Source: Mustelus asterias (Eukaryota). Taken from it: a stretch of 64,000 nt of DNA. Shown here piece by piece: positions 11,485-24,870 of the stretch (positions are counted from its first letter, which is position 1; the number at the start of each line of letters is the position of its first letter). The translations under genes and the position numbers were made by a program. The stretch lies in the NCBI RefSeq assembly GCF_964213995.1, contig NC_135807.1, positions 54,932,001 to 54,996,000 of the forward strand, given 5' to 3'. The notes beneath the pieces are model-generated. The model ran no database searches. It was not told the DNA's origin and saw nothing but the letters and a program-made list of their open reading frames with translations.

Positions 11485-13032
11485 AGCAGGATATAGGTCA
11501 GTTGAAGACTTGGGCGGAGAGATGGCAGATGGAGTTTAATCCAGATAAATGTGAGTTAATGCATTTTGGAAGGTCTAATACAGATAGGAAATATACAGTA
11601 AATGACAGAACCCTTAAGAGTATTGATAGGCAAAGGGATCTGGGTGTGCAGGTACACAGGTCACTGAAAGTGGCAATGCAGGTGGAGAAGGTAGTCAAGA
11701 AGGCATACGGCATGCTTGCCTTCATTGGCCGGGATATTGAGTTTAAAAATTGGCAAGTCATGTTGCAGCTTTATAGAACCTTAGTTAGGCCGCACTTGGA
11801 ATATAGTGTTCAATTCTGGTTGCCACACTACCAGAAGGATGTGGAGGCTTTGGAGAGGGTACAGAAAAGATTTATCAGGATGTTGCCTGGTATGGAGGGC
11901 ATTAGCTATGAGGAGAGGTTGGAGAAACTTGGTTTGTTCTCACTGGAGCGATGGAGGTTGAGGGGAGACATGATAGAAGTCTACAAGATTATGAGAGGCA
12001 TGGACTGAGTGGATAGTCAGAAGCTTTTCCCCAGGATGGAAGAGTCAATTACTAGGGGACATAGGTTTAAGGTGTGAGGGGCAAGGTTTAAAGGAGATGG
12101 ACGAGGCAGATATTTTATACAGAGAGTAGTGGGTGCCTGGAACTCGTTGCTGGGGGAGATAGTGGAAGCGGATACAGTAGTAACAAGTACATGAATAAGA
12201 TGGGGATAGAGGGATATGGTCCCCGGAAGAGTAGGGGGTTTTAGTTAAGTCGGGCAACATGGTCGGTGCAGCCTTGGAGGGCCGAAGGGCCTGTTCCTGT
12301 GCTGTAATTTTCTTTGTCCTTGTTCTTTGTTTGTAAAAACTTGTTGGATTAAGAAGCAGTTCAAGCCTTATGGTGCCATCACCCATACCAACATGTGTTG
12401 TCTTCTGAGTACAGAAGATTCTCTGAACTAAATGTTTGTCAGATTTGCCTGAACCTTATATTCTTCCTGTCGTACCTCCTCTGAGAGTGTTACATTAACA
12501 ATATTCCACAATGCAAAATTGCTGAGCTTTGTGAAAGACCAATTCAAAGTGGTGCCTTTCTGAGTTTTTTTTTAATGTTTATTGAGAATTTTCTTATATT
12601 TTACATAGCAAATAAACACAGATACAGATCCACACAGCGCTCGCATGTACATTCCAATGTGACTAGACACAGGGCTCCCGTGGCCAAGGGACAGGCCCCT
12701 GGCACCCCAGGCACCCACCCCACCCGAGTCCCATCTAATTGCATCGGTAATGACGCTAATGATATAAAAACAAAAAGGCAGAGGAACGCTGCTGGAGAAC
12801 CAACTGAGCGCCCAAACAGCCCAGGCTATAAACTAGCGAGCAGAGAAAAGAAAGAGAGACAGCGAAGGAGAGAGAAGAGAGAGAGTGAGAGGGAAAAGAG
12901 AAAAGTTTGCGTTGGTCCCCACACCTCGGCAGGGTGGGTGGGTGTACTCAGGTAAAGGGCCAGGGCGCGTCCACCAATCAGGGGAGGGGGAGATTCTGTG
13001 GGAGCACCCGGGGTCCTGGGGCCATCGGGTAT

Positions 13033-15639
13033 CTACTCACCCTGCTCCAACTGCAGCATCCCAACATGCGCTATAAATGGTTGCCAGGTCTTATAGAACC
13101 TAGCAGTGGACCCATGTAGCATGCATCTCACCTTCTCCAGCTTAATGGTATCTACCACCTCCTTCACCCACTGTGAGTGCATCGGAGATGCACCTGATTT
13201 CCACCTAAACAGGATTAGCCGTCTTGCCAGGAGTGTAGTGAAAGTTACAAAATCCGCTTGAAATTTCAGCAGCGGCGGATTTAAAGGCACGACCCCAAAC
13301 AGGACAGCCTGGGGGGATGCACTTATGTCCCAATCTAGCATTGCCGCAATCGCCTCAAATATCAATGTCCAGTAGTTATACAGTGATGGGCAAGCTCAGA
13401 ACATATGTAAGAGGGTGGCGGGAGCTTGCCGGCACCATTCACAAATGGGCTTGTGCCTGGGTACATTATAGAGAGTCTAACCCTAGTTAGATATGCTCTG
13501 TGAGGGAGTTTACATTGTATCACACCCAGCTTGGCACATATTGAGGAGGAGTGTACTCGATGCAGCACCATGTCCCAATCCTCCTCCGATAACTCCTCCC
13601 CCCAGATCTCGTTCCCATAAAGATTTAACCACTGATAAAGAGTCTTGTTGGGACAGAATTTGAGAATAAAGAACAGAAATGATACCACACACAGTAATAG
13701 AAGGCGCTAAGAAGTTATCAATGGAGGCACGAGTTGGGAGCATTGGAAATTGAGGGTCGGCCCTACGCACAAAGTCTCAAATTTGCAAATATCTAAAGCA
13801 TTGCGTTGCAGGTAAAGCAAACTTATTCACCACCTGCTAGAATGACGCAAACACGCCATCCACATACAAGTCCCGGAATGTTCTGATCCCATGCTTGACC
13901 CATATGTTGAAGGCACCATCCAAAACAGACGGAGGAAAAAATGGTTAGCCAATACTGTGGAGGCCAGCGACCAGGCCTGAAACCCAAAGTGGCGTCTAAA
14001 TTGTGTCCAAATTCTTTGAGTTGTCTTGACAAGTGCACTCCGAGTTGACTGGGAGGAGGGAAAATTTACCGGGGACCATATCAAGGCAGCCAAGGAAGAT
14101 GGACCACAGGAGGAGGATTCTAACTGCAGCCAACAAGGAACCTCCTGTTGCCTTTCTGTCTGCCCCCAACTCACTACCGCTCTCATATTGGCTGCTCAAT
14201 AATAAAATAGAAAATTGGGCAATCCCATATCCACTTCCCGTTTAGGGCTTTGCAAGACTGTCCTCCGCATTCTTGGGTTCTCCTATTCTAGACAAAGCTT
14301 GAAATGAGCCGATCAAGTCTGTGAAAAAAGGATTTGGGGATGAACACCAGGATGCACTGAAAGAGTTATAAAAACTTAGGTAATATGTCATCTTCACCAC
14401 ATTGATACGGCCCACTAACGATAACGGGAGGATGGACCAACGTTTGAGGTCCTGTTCCATCCGCCCCATGAGTGGAGCAAAGTTAGCTCCAAAGAGCCCA
14501 CTAAATTTGCTAGTCACTTGCACTCCCAAGTAAGTAAACTGCCCAGTGACAATCTTGAAAGGCAGAGTGTGGAGCGGGAGGCTACGAGCCGCTGCATTCA
14601 AAGTAAATGTTCCTTATATACCTCTGGGGACAGGCCCGCAGCGTACAAAGCATCAACTTGGGCGATACACCCCAGCAATTCTGATAACCTCCTGCCTCTC
14701 AGCTTCACCTCGTGCGCTGAATAAGATATGATCTGGCCCCTTAAATAAGCCTTCAATGTCCCCCATAAGGGAGCTGCCGAGATTCCTGGATCATTATTAA
14801 ACTCTAAGAAATCGTCGATCTGGATTAACAGAAATCTAACAAGTTCTTCATCAGAGAGCAGACAAGTATTAAATCGCCAAGGCGTACGGGGGACCACCCT
14901 CCTCCCCTCTACCAAGTCCATTGTCGAGGGAGCATGGTCCGAGATTACAATGGTTTCATAGGAGCATGAGCGCACAGCCGGGAGCAACTTATTATCGACC
15001 AAAAAGTAATCTATACGTGAATACGTTCGGTGGACAGGTGAAAAAAAAGAATATTCCCTACTAGTGGGGTTAAGAAACCTCCATGGGTCTGACACCACAT
15101 ATTCCGTGAGAAATTTCTGCCGACTTGGAAGATACAGTGGTCCTGGGAGAGGAACGGTCCAGGGCAGGATTCAACCAACAGTTGAAATCTCCGCCCAGTA
15201 TCAACCGACATGAATTCAAATCTGGAAGTAGCGTGAAAAACGACTGGAAAAAGTTTTCACAGTCCCAGTTTGGGGCATACACATTGGCTAACACCAGGGG
15301 CGTCCCATATAACTTACCCGTGACAATGACATATCGGTTATTTGAGTCAGAAATGACACTGGCTACTACCAAGGGTAAGGACTTGTGGATGAGGATTGCT
15401 GCCCCCCGCACCTTGGTGTGAAAGGTTGAGTGAAAGGATTGACCCCCTCATCCTCTACGGAGCCTAAAATAGTCCACTGGCCTGAGGTGGGTCTCTTGGA
15501 GGAATGCAATTTGGGTACCCAGTTGTTGAAGATGTTGAAATATCTTACCGTGCTTAACCGGATGATTTAATCCCCTGACATTCCAGCTAGTGAACTTGAT
15601 CACTCCGAGGTCGGAGCGTAAGGGCTTCCCAGCCAGCAT
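13033..15639 (-). pseudogene. L1 ORF2: APE endonuclease, post-RT and C-terminal regions, frameshifted
   Basis: SWNVRGLN, FLQETH, NVYAPN, GGDFN, YSRIDY, ISDH, WRFN, YLGV; the C-terminus ends FYKTWQPF. Confidence 0.9.
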
Positions 15640-16113
15640 CCCACATTCCGAACAGTAGCCTGGTATCCCTCCTCACTGGAGAGTCTCCCCCCAACCGCTG
15701 ACATCGGCAGATGCCACAGCCCAGGCCCCCACTCCCCACCGGCCACAGGGAACCAACCACGAGAAAGAAAGGGTGGGCTTGAAAGGGGCCAAACCACACC
15801 CACAGAGCAAAAAAGATATAGCAAAGACACAAAAACAGCCACACAGACCAAACCCGCAAACACAGCACCCCCCCTCCCCCCGCACGCGCCCTCCTGTGCT
15901 TCCAACACCTCCTTATCCCGGCGCCTTCACAGCACTCCGCATGGGACACGATCTCCACCTCCATTCCCATCGCGGTCACAGGTGCTATAACCTGAAAAGC
16001 TCTGTAGAAATACCAAACACTTAACACTTAACCTCACAGTCGCAAAACCCATTACCCTTTCCTGGCCGACAATTTGATCCGGGTATAGAATGCAGATTCA
16101 TAAAAAACAAATA

Positions 16114-16920
16114 TCAGTTTACATCCACCGTGTGGTCACCCAATTCAAAAGTCTGCTCCACAAATTTCATCGCCGCCGCCGGATCCATGAACTTTTTTTT
16201 GTGCTCGGTTCCATTGTTGAGAGTAATCCTCAAGCAGGCTGGAACGCAAAGCCCGAACCTGACCTCAGGACAGTCATGCAGAAGTCGTTTGACATCAGCG
16301 AAGGCTGCCCTTCTCCTTGCCACCGCCGGGTTAAAATCTGGAAATACCAACAGCTTATTTTCCTGGTACCTCAGAGTGGTTGCCTGTGCTGCTTGCCGCA
16401 GGATTCTGTCTCGTGCTGAGGTGTAATGTACTCGTGCAAAAATGGGCCGAGGAGCTTCTCCCGGTCTGGGCTTTGCCCGTAACACTCTGTGTGCACGATC
16501 CAGAAGCGGCTCATTCTCAAGTTCCAGCACATTCTTCAATAGCCGGGCGACAAAGTCTGTGATATTTGGGTCCTTGATTCCCTCCGGAAGGCCTATCAGA
16601 CGGATGTTATTTCGTCTTTGGTGTCCTTCCATCTCATAACATTTCTCCCTCAGGATCTTAACCTCCGATGTCAGATGAGGAACTTGGCTCTTCAGCTCAG
16701 AGACAGTGTTTCCACTAAATGCCTCCGAGTCCTCAAGCTCCTTCAAGCAGTTCTCATGGGCATTGGTGACACCTTGGAGAGATTTAACAGGTGATCCGAG
16801 CTCCTCTCAGCTCGCCTATCTTGGCCTGCAACTCAGTGGCCCACTGGTCCAACTTACTGTCCAATCTTTGCATGGCCTTCATAATAGTTTTTTCCCCCAT
16901 CCTTTCACTCAGCATGCTCT
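16114..16920 (-). pseudogene. L1 ORF1 (Transposase_22-type: coiled coil, RRM, CTD)
   Basis: ORF 16114..16746 RRNNIRLIGLPEG, LDRAHR, PRPI, VFPDF; the coiled-coil N-terminus continues to ~16920 across a frameshift near 16805. Confidence 0.9.
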
Positions 16921-17325
16921 ATTCAGGGGTCCCTCAAGGAGTGCGCAGTAGAGACCCCCCTCTGCCCCTGTGGTCCCACTCTTCGATTTTGGTTTGCCTC
17001 CTGCCATTTTGCCAGTGCCACCACTTGTGGGATCTCAGTGGCTCCTGCTTCCCACTTTAATTCACCCTTTCTTTGGTGAATTTGCACTCAGAGCTGCAAT
17101 CCAGAGCCCCTCCCCCACCGGGCACACACAGTAAATTCCAACCGGCAGGAAGGAATCTAAAAATAACCCTTTCCAGCTAGACTTTCGAAGTTCTCTCTTT
17201 GCAACTGCACTCCAGGTACGTTTAAAGCTTGCTTGATGTACATTAATCTCTCTCCAGACCTCAACAAGCAGCCGGATTTCAAGAAGGATCTTGCCACCTG
17301 TGGAGCATGCTTCCTCTCACACCAG

Positions 17326-17334
17326 CGCCATCTT
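17326..17334 (-). promoter_or_regulatory. YY1-like site in the L1 5'UTR
   Basis: AAGATGGCG about 16 nt from the element 5' end, where mammalian L1 promoters carry YY1 sites. Confidence 0.6.
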
Positions 17335-19968
17335 TGATTCCCCGCTGTTGTGAGTTTAACTCACCAATGACACATTCCCAGGATTCTTCAATGATCAGAA
17401 ACCATGATATCTCCATTCTTGATTAGATGCACCTACCACTCAACAAACATAGTTGTTATTTTTGCAGAGGTTGTTTCTTACGTTCAAAAACTGGTCTGAT
17501 TTGTCCACAACAGACAATTGTTCTGTTACAACTAGAATTACTTTTTACAGATGCTGTTAATTTGCCGAAGATATTCCTGGCAAAATCAAACTGAAATAGT
17601 TGATAGATAAAATAGCATTGAAGAATACTATGCACATTTCCTTCTCGATAAAATAGGCCCAGAATGATCCACTACATGACATGGACTAACTGATACGCCA
17701 AATAATACACAGAGCGTCTGGTATAATATGACCACCTCTGTGTGCATTGCCACAAAAATCACCAATCAGAAATATTTAGTGTAGTCATTAAACAAAGACT
17801 TCTCTTCAAGAGCATAAAACATTCTGTAAACAAAATAGATGGGATATATCTTCAGTCCATTACAATAAGGATGGAAATATTAAATTGGAGGTTTCGGGTG
17901 ACCAGGAACTCAAAGTGGATCAGCAAGAATAGGAACAATGGATGAATAATGTAAGTAGTCCAGGTTGGGTTTTGAGGAGGGGATAGGATAATATTTGTTT
18001 TAATGGGGTCAAACCAGACGAAAGAAAACCATTTGCGATGTTGGCTGTCTGCGGTCCAGCTAAGAAGTTAAGTGATCACCAACTTAGTGAGAATGGGGTC
18101 AAGTGGGCAGAAGATTGGTCCCACAGATAGAATTGAAAGAGAGAGCGAGAATATGGGCAGTCAAAGTGGCCTTCTCTCTGACCAAGATCATGGGTATTAG
18201 ATGGCAATGTCATGGGGGTGGTTTTGGACATTGGTAGGAGAGGTTTTATGGAGAGAATGGTTGAGGGAACACTGGAGAGCAATGTCATCAGAGAAAGGAA
18301 GGCAAGATGATTTGAAATGGAAATTAAAACTCTGAGGATGCAAAGTTACTCATCAATTTTACAATGTGTTAATACTTTAACCTAAATTTGCTGATAGAAA
18401 GCTGTTGCTTGTCACTGAAAATCACAAAGTTTCTTTTAATTTAGTGCCTATGCTAATTTCATATGACTACAATTTCTATGATCAATTTATAACTTTCAGC
18501 ATTGTTAATGTAATGCAAGTTTAATACATTTCAAGAGACCTTAATTTGATATTGAGAAAAAAGACTGTAAACTTTTCTTATGGGGAAATGCATGATGTTC
18601 TTTGTTTCTACTGGATATTTTGTATATCGCAATAACTTGGCTCCACCAGTTAAGAACAAACTATAGATGCTTATTGATGAACAACAACTACTTATAGGGT
18701 GATTCAATGCTTCCAGACATAACTCTAGGCTCTAACTGCTGGGACAAGCCCAGACAAGTTGGAATGAAGTCCAAACTTATTTCTTGATTGGTCAGCCTGG
18801 GACATGGGACTGTTTCAGAAGATCATCCCTTAAAGGGGCCAGACCCAACATATATAAGTTAGTTAGCAATGTGTTGATCAGATTCTGATGCTTTTGGTTT
18901 AGGTTCATATTCAACGCCTTCCTTTCCTCTGATCCAATACACATTGGGCTGCATTTTTCTTTAAAAATATTGGTGAGTTTGCCAATGCTCACTGTTACTT
19001 ATCTGTAGGCCCAACAGCAATTTCTACAAGCACAAAGGCACACTTCAGCAAGGAAATCTGAAAATTTCTTTCTGAGATACCCTGCTCCTCCAAGGGATCT
19101 TGGAATTGGCACCCACTGTCTGGTTCATAATTCAAATATATTGAATGACATAAAGTTTCTGTACATATTGCATAGACATAAACCCGCCAAAAATGGTTAG
19201 TGCTTGCTCATTCGGCCTGCGCCTTTTTAATAGTGTGGTTAGTTTTCATTATTGCCAAACCAATACTAACACTGAAAATCAATCGTGCAGAATTCCATTC
19301 CTTCAGTTCTTAATTATTGTTGGAGATTTAAAGTAAATAATGCCTTTTTAAAAAAACTTTGTCTCCTTTTTTATCACTCTCTCTTACCCAATAATTGTTT
19401 TCCTCCCTTCAGTTTGCTTTATGTTCACTGAATTCAACGCACTAACTGGCAGCTTATGTCGTCATTCAAAAGCCCCAAAATCATCTGATGACAACATGAC
19501 ACTGGGGGGTTTTCAGGCACAGTGCTGATAAATCAATCTGAGTTTATGCCATCTGGTCCTAGACTCTCCCACAAGGGGACAAAAACCTCCCAGCATTGAC
19601 CCTGTCAATTATATACTTGTATTGAAAATTAGAGTTGAGGGGAATTTTAAACTAATAATATCTCTTTCAGTGACATAAAGATAGATTGATTATTGTAAGT
19701 ACAGCAAAAGTAAAATTTTGATCTTCTGCTATTTTAGTCAGACCAATCTAACCAATCTCACTTCTCTGACAAGATGCTGCTACAGAATTCTGTGGTGTCA
19801 TAGGACTGGTGTTCCAGTAGAGCTATAAAAGACAGAGATACGTAACCTTTTGGCACAACTGACTGCATTCCCACAATTTGAGATGAGATCATCACTAAAA
19901 TAGTTTTGCCAACACTGGTTAGGCATATTCCTGGATAATTTACCATATTATATATACCACCTCAACCT

Positions 19969-20027
19969 CCCCCCCCCCCCCCACCCCCCCCCCCACCCCC
20001 CCCCCCCCCCCCCCGCCCCCGCACCCC
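19969..20027. repeat. Poly-C tract (G4-prone on the minus strand)
   Basis: Long C runs separated by single a or g. Confidence 0.9.
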
Positions 20028-20089
20028 TTCTCCACTCTAATTATCTTTCATTTCTCATCTTCAAAATTTCTGTAACTAATAAATAAAAA

Positions 20090-20388
20090 TGGTGGCACAG
20101 TGACTCACACTGCTGCCTCACAGCAGCACCAGGGACCTGAGTTCAATTCTGGCCTTGGGTGATTGTGTGGAGTTTGCACATTCTCCTCATGTCTGCATGG
20201 GTTTCCTCCCACAGTCCAAAGATGTACAGGTTAGGTGGATTGGCAATACTATTGTCCCTTAGTGTCAGGGGACCAGCAGTGTAAATACATGGGATTACAA
20301 GCATAGGGCCTGGGTGGGATTGATGTCGATGTAGGCTTGATGGGCCAAATGGCCTCCTTCTGCATTGTAGGGATTCTATGATTCTATG
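20090..20388 (+). mobile_element. HE1-type SINE
   Basis: ggtggcacagtg head and gattctatgattctatga tail. Confidence 0.9.
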
Positions 20389-21253
20389 AAAAATGTTCAA
20401 AAGAATATATTTTTAAATCTCTAAGATTTTTCTTCCAGTTCCTCATGACAATTTCTGGGGATTAATCTTTAATCTTTGGAGCCACATGTAATAATCCTGG
20501 AGAATTGACAACTCTATTTAACTGGGGGAGATAGGCAGATAGGCACCTAGTAACTCCAAGGTACCAGAGTACTGATACCTACCAGGATACCCCAGGCTCC
20601 TTTTTATTAATTTAATGTTGTTTTCTCCTCTGTGCTTTCTTAGTTCCTAAGAACCATACTCCATCCATAGAGGGTGGGTGACAGACTTGCTTTGAGGCCT
20701 GTATCCTCCCAAAGTCAGAGCAGTTTGTCTGGGATACCTGGAACTATCCATAAATGCAAATTAAATCACAAACTTCAGATGCTCCTGACTCTCAAACAGC
20801 AAAAGCCATCCAGAAAAAGTTAGAAAAATTAAAAACACTTCTTGTTTCTGGATAAATATTATTCTGACCCCTCACACCCCACTACCACTGCCTCACCCAC
20901 CTCTTTCACCATCCCCATGGGATACCCCTGTCAAATACACCCCCTCACTAGCCCCATACTGGACTCTTCCCACACCCCTCGAACCCTCAACAAACTACCC
21001 CTCCCCCGCAACCATACTTACTGTAATCCAACCAGATACCTCCTCCCGCCAGCCCAATACTCCCTCACCCTCACCCCAGTCCAATCTGACTTGACCTGAC
21101 CATCCCCAACATCCCCCTTGACCTGACCTGACCGCAACTCCCTCCCCCCTACTCCCCGCCCAAGGTCAATCCGAAACCCTTGCTCCAGGCCCAACCCAAC
21201 ACAGCAACCACTCAAGGCCTGAGCTGACCTGACCTGAACAGCCCCTACTCCTT

Positions 21254-22196
21254 TGATTTGGAAGAAGGTGTAACTGGTGTAATCAGCAAGTTTGCGGATG
21301 ACACGAAGATGGCTGGACTTGCGGATAGCGAAGAGCATTGTCGGGCAATACAGCAGGATATAAATAGGCTGGAAAATTGGGCGGAGAGGTGGCAGATGGA
21401 GTTTAATCCGGATAAATGCGAAGTGATGCATTTTGGAAGAAATAATGTAGGGAGGAGTTATACAATAAATGGCAGAGTCATCAGGAGTATAGAAACACAG
21501 AGGGACCTAGGTGTGCAAGTCCACAAATCCTTGAAGGTGGCAACACAGGTGGAGAAGGTGGTGAAGAAGGCATATGGTATGCTTGCCTTTATAGGACGGG
21601 GTATAGAGTATAAAAGCTGGACTCTGATGATGCAGCTGTATAGAACGCTGGTTAGGCCACATTTGGAGTACTGCGTCCAGTTCTGGTTGCCGCACTACCA
21701 GAAGGACGTGGAGGCGTTAGAGAGAGTGCAGAGAAGGTTTACCAGGATGTTGCCTGGTATGGAGGGTCTTAGCTATGAGGAGAGATTGGGTAGACTGGGG
21801 TTGTTCTCCTTGGAAAGACGGAGAATGAGGGGAGATCTAATAGAGGTGTACAAGATTATGAAGGGTATAGATAGGGTGAACAGTGGGAAGCTTTTTCCCA
21901 GGTCGGAGGTGACGATCACGAGGGGTCACGGGCTCAAGCTGAGAGGGGCGAAGTATAACTCAGATATCAGAGGGACGTTTTTTACACAGAGGGTGGTGGG
22001 GGCCTGGAATGCGCTGCCAAGTAGGGTGGTGGAGGCAGGCACGCTGACATCGTTTAAGACTTACCTGGATAGTCACATGAGCAGCCTGGGAATGGAGGGA
22101 TACAAACGATTGGTCTAGTTGGACCAAGGAGCGGCACAGGCTTGGAGGGCCGAAGGGCCTGTTTCCTGTGCTGTACTGTTCTTTGTTCTTTGTTCT
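21254..22196 (+). mobile_element. Young 5'-truncated CR1 with an uninterrupted 286-aa ORF2 C-terminus
   Basis: ORF 21258..22118 SKFADDTK, WQMEFNPDKC, LVRPHLEYC; tail tgttctttgttctttgttct. Confidence 0.95.
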
Positions 22197-24569
22197 CTAT
22201 ATCCCCCAGGCTCAGCCTGACCCAAACACCAGATCCTGCTTATTTACCTTGTACACTTATCTCTCCCTGGCTTGTCAAAGTCACCGGACCTTTGAACTTA
22301 CCTGGTTTATGGCAGCCAGTGTCATAAAAAAAGGGGAGAGCATGTCCTCTTACCCCGACACTGTCCTCCATGAAAAAAGGGTGTGTGTGTCCTCCTTATC
22401 CCCTTGGACAGAAGGCCATGGGAACTCACTGTTCTAAACAGATCTTGCCCAGCCTGTGTCAGAATGTCGGCCGAGATAGGAACAGTTGGATTTCAAAGTA
22501 AGTAGCTGTGGGCAGAGTGGCAATCTGACTCAGTTACCTCTCCACCATAAGTTACAGGCTTAAACCTTTACCAGAAATGCTTGTAAGTGACATCCTTACT
22601 GTAAGTGGATTCTCGAATGGGGTGGTAGGATTTTTAAACTAGTAGACATTAAGGCACTGACAGAACTAAGCAGTATTCAATTAAATGACTTTTAAAATAA
22701 ATTTATGAGCTAACAAGAAGCACTTATGAGATGCAGTAATTGATTCAAATGAATGATTCCGATTGTAAAATATATATGCTGATATTTTGAATGTATTATT
22801 TTTAAGGAATATTGTTCACTTTAGTCAAAAAGCATTTTTTGGCAAGGGATCATGATAAAAGTCATCAGGGCAAAGCCATATTTTGAGAGGAATATTTGGG
22901 CCTTGGAAATATGTAAGTTTTATCAGTAAAGTTTTGGATGCAAAAACATTTAGAAGTTGGGCAGTACCGGTCACCTCGGGTACTTAGTGCTGAGCATTCC
23001 TCTCTCTCACATTTGAGGTGGATAACTGTTCAAGGGCTATTCAAAAAACTGTTCAAAAAACCGATATTACGCCAGTCTAAGATACAATGTGGTAATACTT
23101 AAGTAGACTGTGCAACCACACTCCTCCTCTTTCCACTGAAAACACATGGGGCTGGGAGAGGGGGTGGGTGTGTGCAATGAAACAGTGAGGGATTGGAGTG
23201 CTGCTGCCTCCCATGCCATGGAATTTTAACAGCAACAGGGAGAGTGAAGCATGATCTCCTCACCCAAAGGCTCATTGAAGCCCTTGATTGGCCGGTCAAG
23301 GGCATCTTCGCACCACTACTGGCATTTTATAGCAGCAGGTGTGCCCTACCGGGAGAGTACCTAGTAAACCCCAAGAGCCTCCCGACAAGGGAATATTCCT
23401 AATCAAGCAGTGCTGTAACACTCTACCCTGCCCTCGCCAACACCACCACACCTTTGCAAAGGCAACCTGACTGACCTCCATAGTCCTGACCTCACTTAAC
23501 CTTCCAAGGACAGCGTCAATGCTGCTTCTCCAGGTTGGGTGCAGTCTTAGCCATGGCCACTGTTCCCAGTGGGCCATTAGCTGCCTGATTGCCACATAAT
23601 CTGGTTCAGGCTGTCAAAAACAGCTGAGGTGGGATTATCCCTGGCTTTCCAACCTGTTTCCAAGGCCGCCCTAACAAAGTCGAACCCAAAGTCACAATAG
23701 TATTTACATGGGGATTCTTATGACATCCAAACAAATGAACAAACTCTCAGTTAATGTTGAATTTCAAGCTATTAACTCCCTCAGATGGCCAATCATTTTG
23801 AAAAATAAATTGATGACAATGAAACAAAAGTATTTTTTCTAATACTTTTTGCTGAATAGCTTGTCCTTTTAAGCTGGTTGCATTTTCTAGATGATATAAT
23901 CAGATATCTTGCTATGCTTTGATGAAAGATCTTTCCTTACCCGACTTCGAAGATCTGACTGTCATTTAAACACATTTGCCACCTTTACCCCAAGACAGCT
24001 GAATATGATGTTACAGTCTTCAGGCAGATAATTGCAGCCAAACCTTGTCCTCCATTGTGATTTGTACCAGCAATAGAAGGGTGATTCATCAGCACAGAAT
24101 TTAGCTTTTGAGATTTGAAGGCTGAGGAGATCAGACCAAGCAAATACATTGCTCTAAACAATGTTGTACCTGAATGCCTAATAAAAACTGAAATTAATAA
24201 GTCCTAAAGATGCTCTTTATTTCTCAAGAAAGAGTTCAGCAAATATTTTTTGTCACTTCACATCATCTAAAAAACTGCAACCAGCTTGAAGGGGCAAAGC
24301 ATTCAGCAAAAACTATGAGACAAACTATTTTTGTTTCATTGTCACCAGTTTGTTTTTCAAAAAGATTGGCCAGTTGATGCTACAATGATGCAAGTTGCAT
24401 GTAATGCATCGCTGCATCGCTTGAATGTAGAGTTACCATGGCACGAATTCATGGCTCCTGTATCCCTCCAAATCTCACCAAGGTCAAGCATATTCATAAA
24501 AACCAGCGAGCACACACTATGATTAAGAATTAATGGAAACTGCAGCTAACATTACTGTTACTAGTCATC

Positions 24570-24870
24570 TATAGAGATGAACTTAAATCCCATCGTGGCA
24601 GCTAGAGAATTTAATTTCAGTGAAATAAGTAAATCTGGAATGAAACAGCTGGAATCAGTAATGCTGACCACGAAACTACCAGAATCATGTAAAATCTGAT
24701 TCATGAATGATTTTCAGGGAAGAAACTCTGCTCTCCTTATCCGTACTGGTCTCCATGTGACTCCAGACCCACAGCAATGTGGTTGACTCTTAACTGCCCT
24801 CTGAAATGGAGGCTAAGTTATCAAGGTAGCAACTCAACACTATCTTCCCAATGTCAATTAGGGATGGCCT
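24570..24870 (+). mobile_element. Old SINE-like repeat fragment
   Basis: gactccagacccacagcaatgtggttgactcttaactgccctctgaaatgg; a related reverse copy lies near 46510-46590. Confidence 0.55.

Larger units (their letters stand above)
7725..12330 (+). mobile_element. Near full-length CR1 (HER1-like) LINE carrying four nested insertions
   Basis: ORF1 esterase, ORF2 APE endonuclease (FNARS, AITETWL, YRPP, GDFN, SDH), RT ([24 protein letters not shown]) and (tgttctt)n tail; stops and frameshifts present. Confidence 0.95.
12568..17350 (-). mobile_element. End-to-end L1-clade LINE with the RT core deleted
   Basis: Poly-A tail (T-run 12565-12573) preceded by AATAAA; ORF1 and ORF2 remnants; 5'UTR with YY1-like motif; TSD tgagttt at 12561-12567 and 17351-17357. 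Confidence 0.9.

Noticed and set aside
17482-17590. Possible minus-strand exon (tttcag acceptor, gtaag donor, open frame FDFARNIFGK..)
   Set aside because: The peptide is not recognisable and is not frame-compatible with the candidate at 19762-19822; RNA-seq would be needed.
19762-19822. Possible 61-nt minus-strand exon (tcttttatag acceptor, gtgag donor)
   Set aside because: Splice signals are good, but there is no recognisable protein and splicing to the next candidate gives stops.
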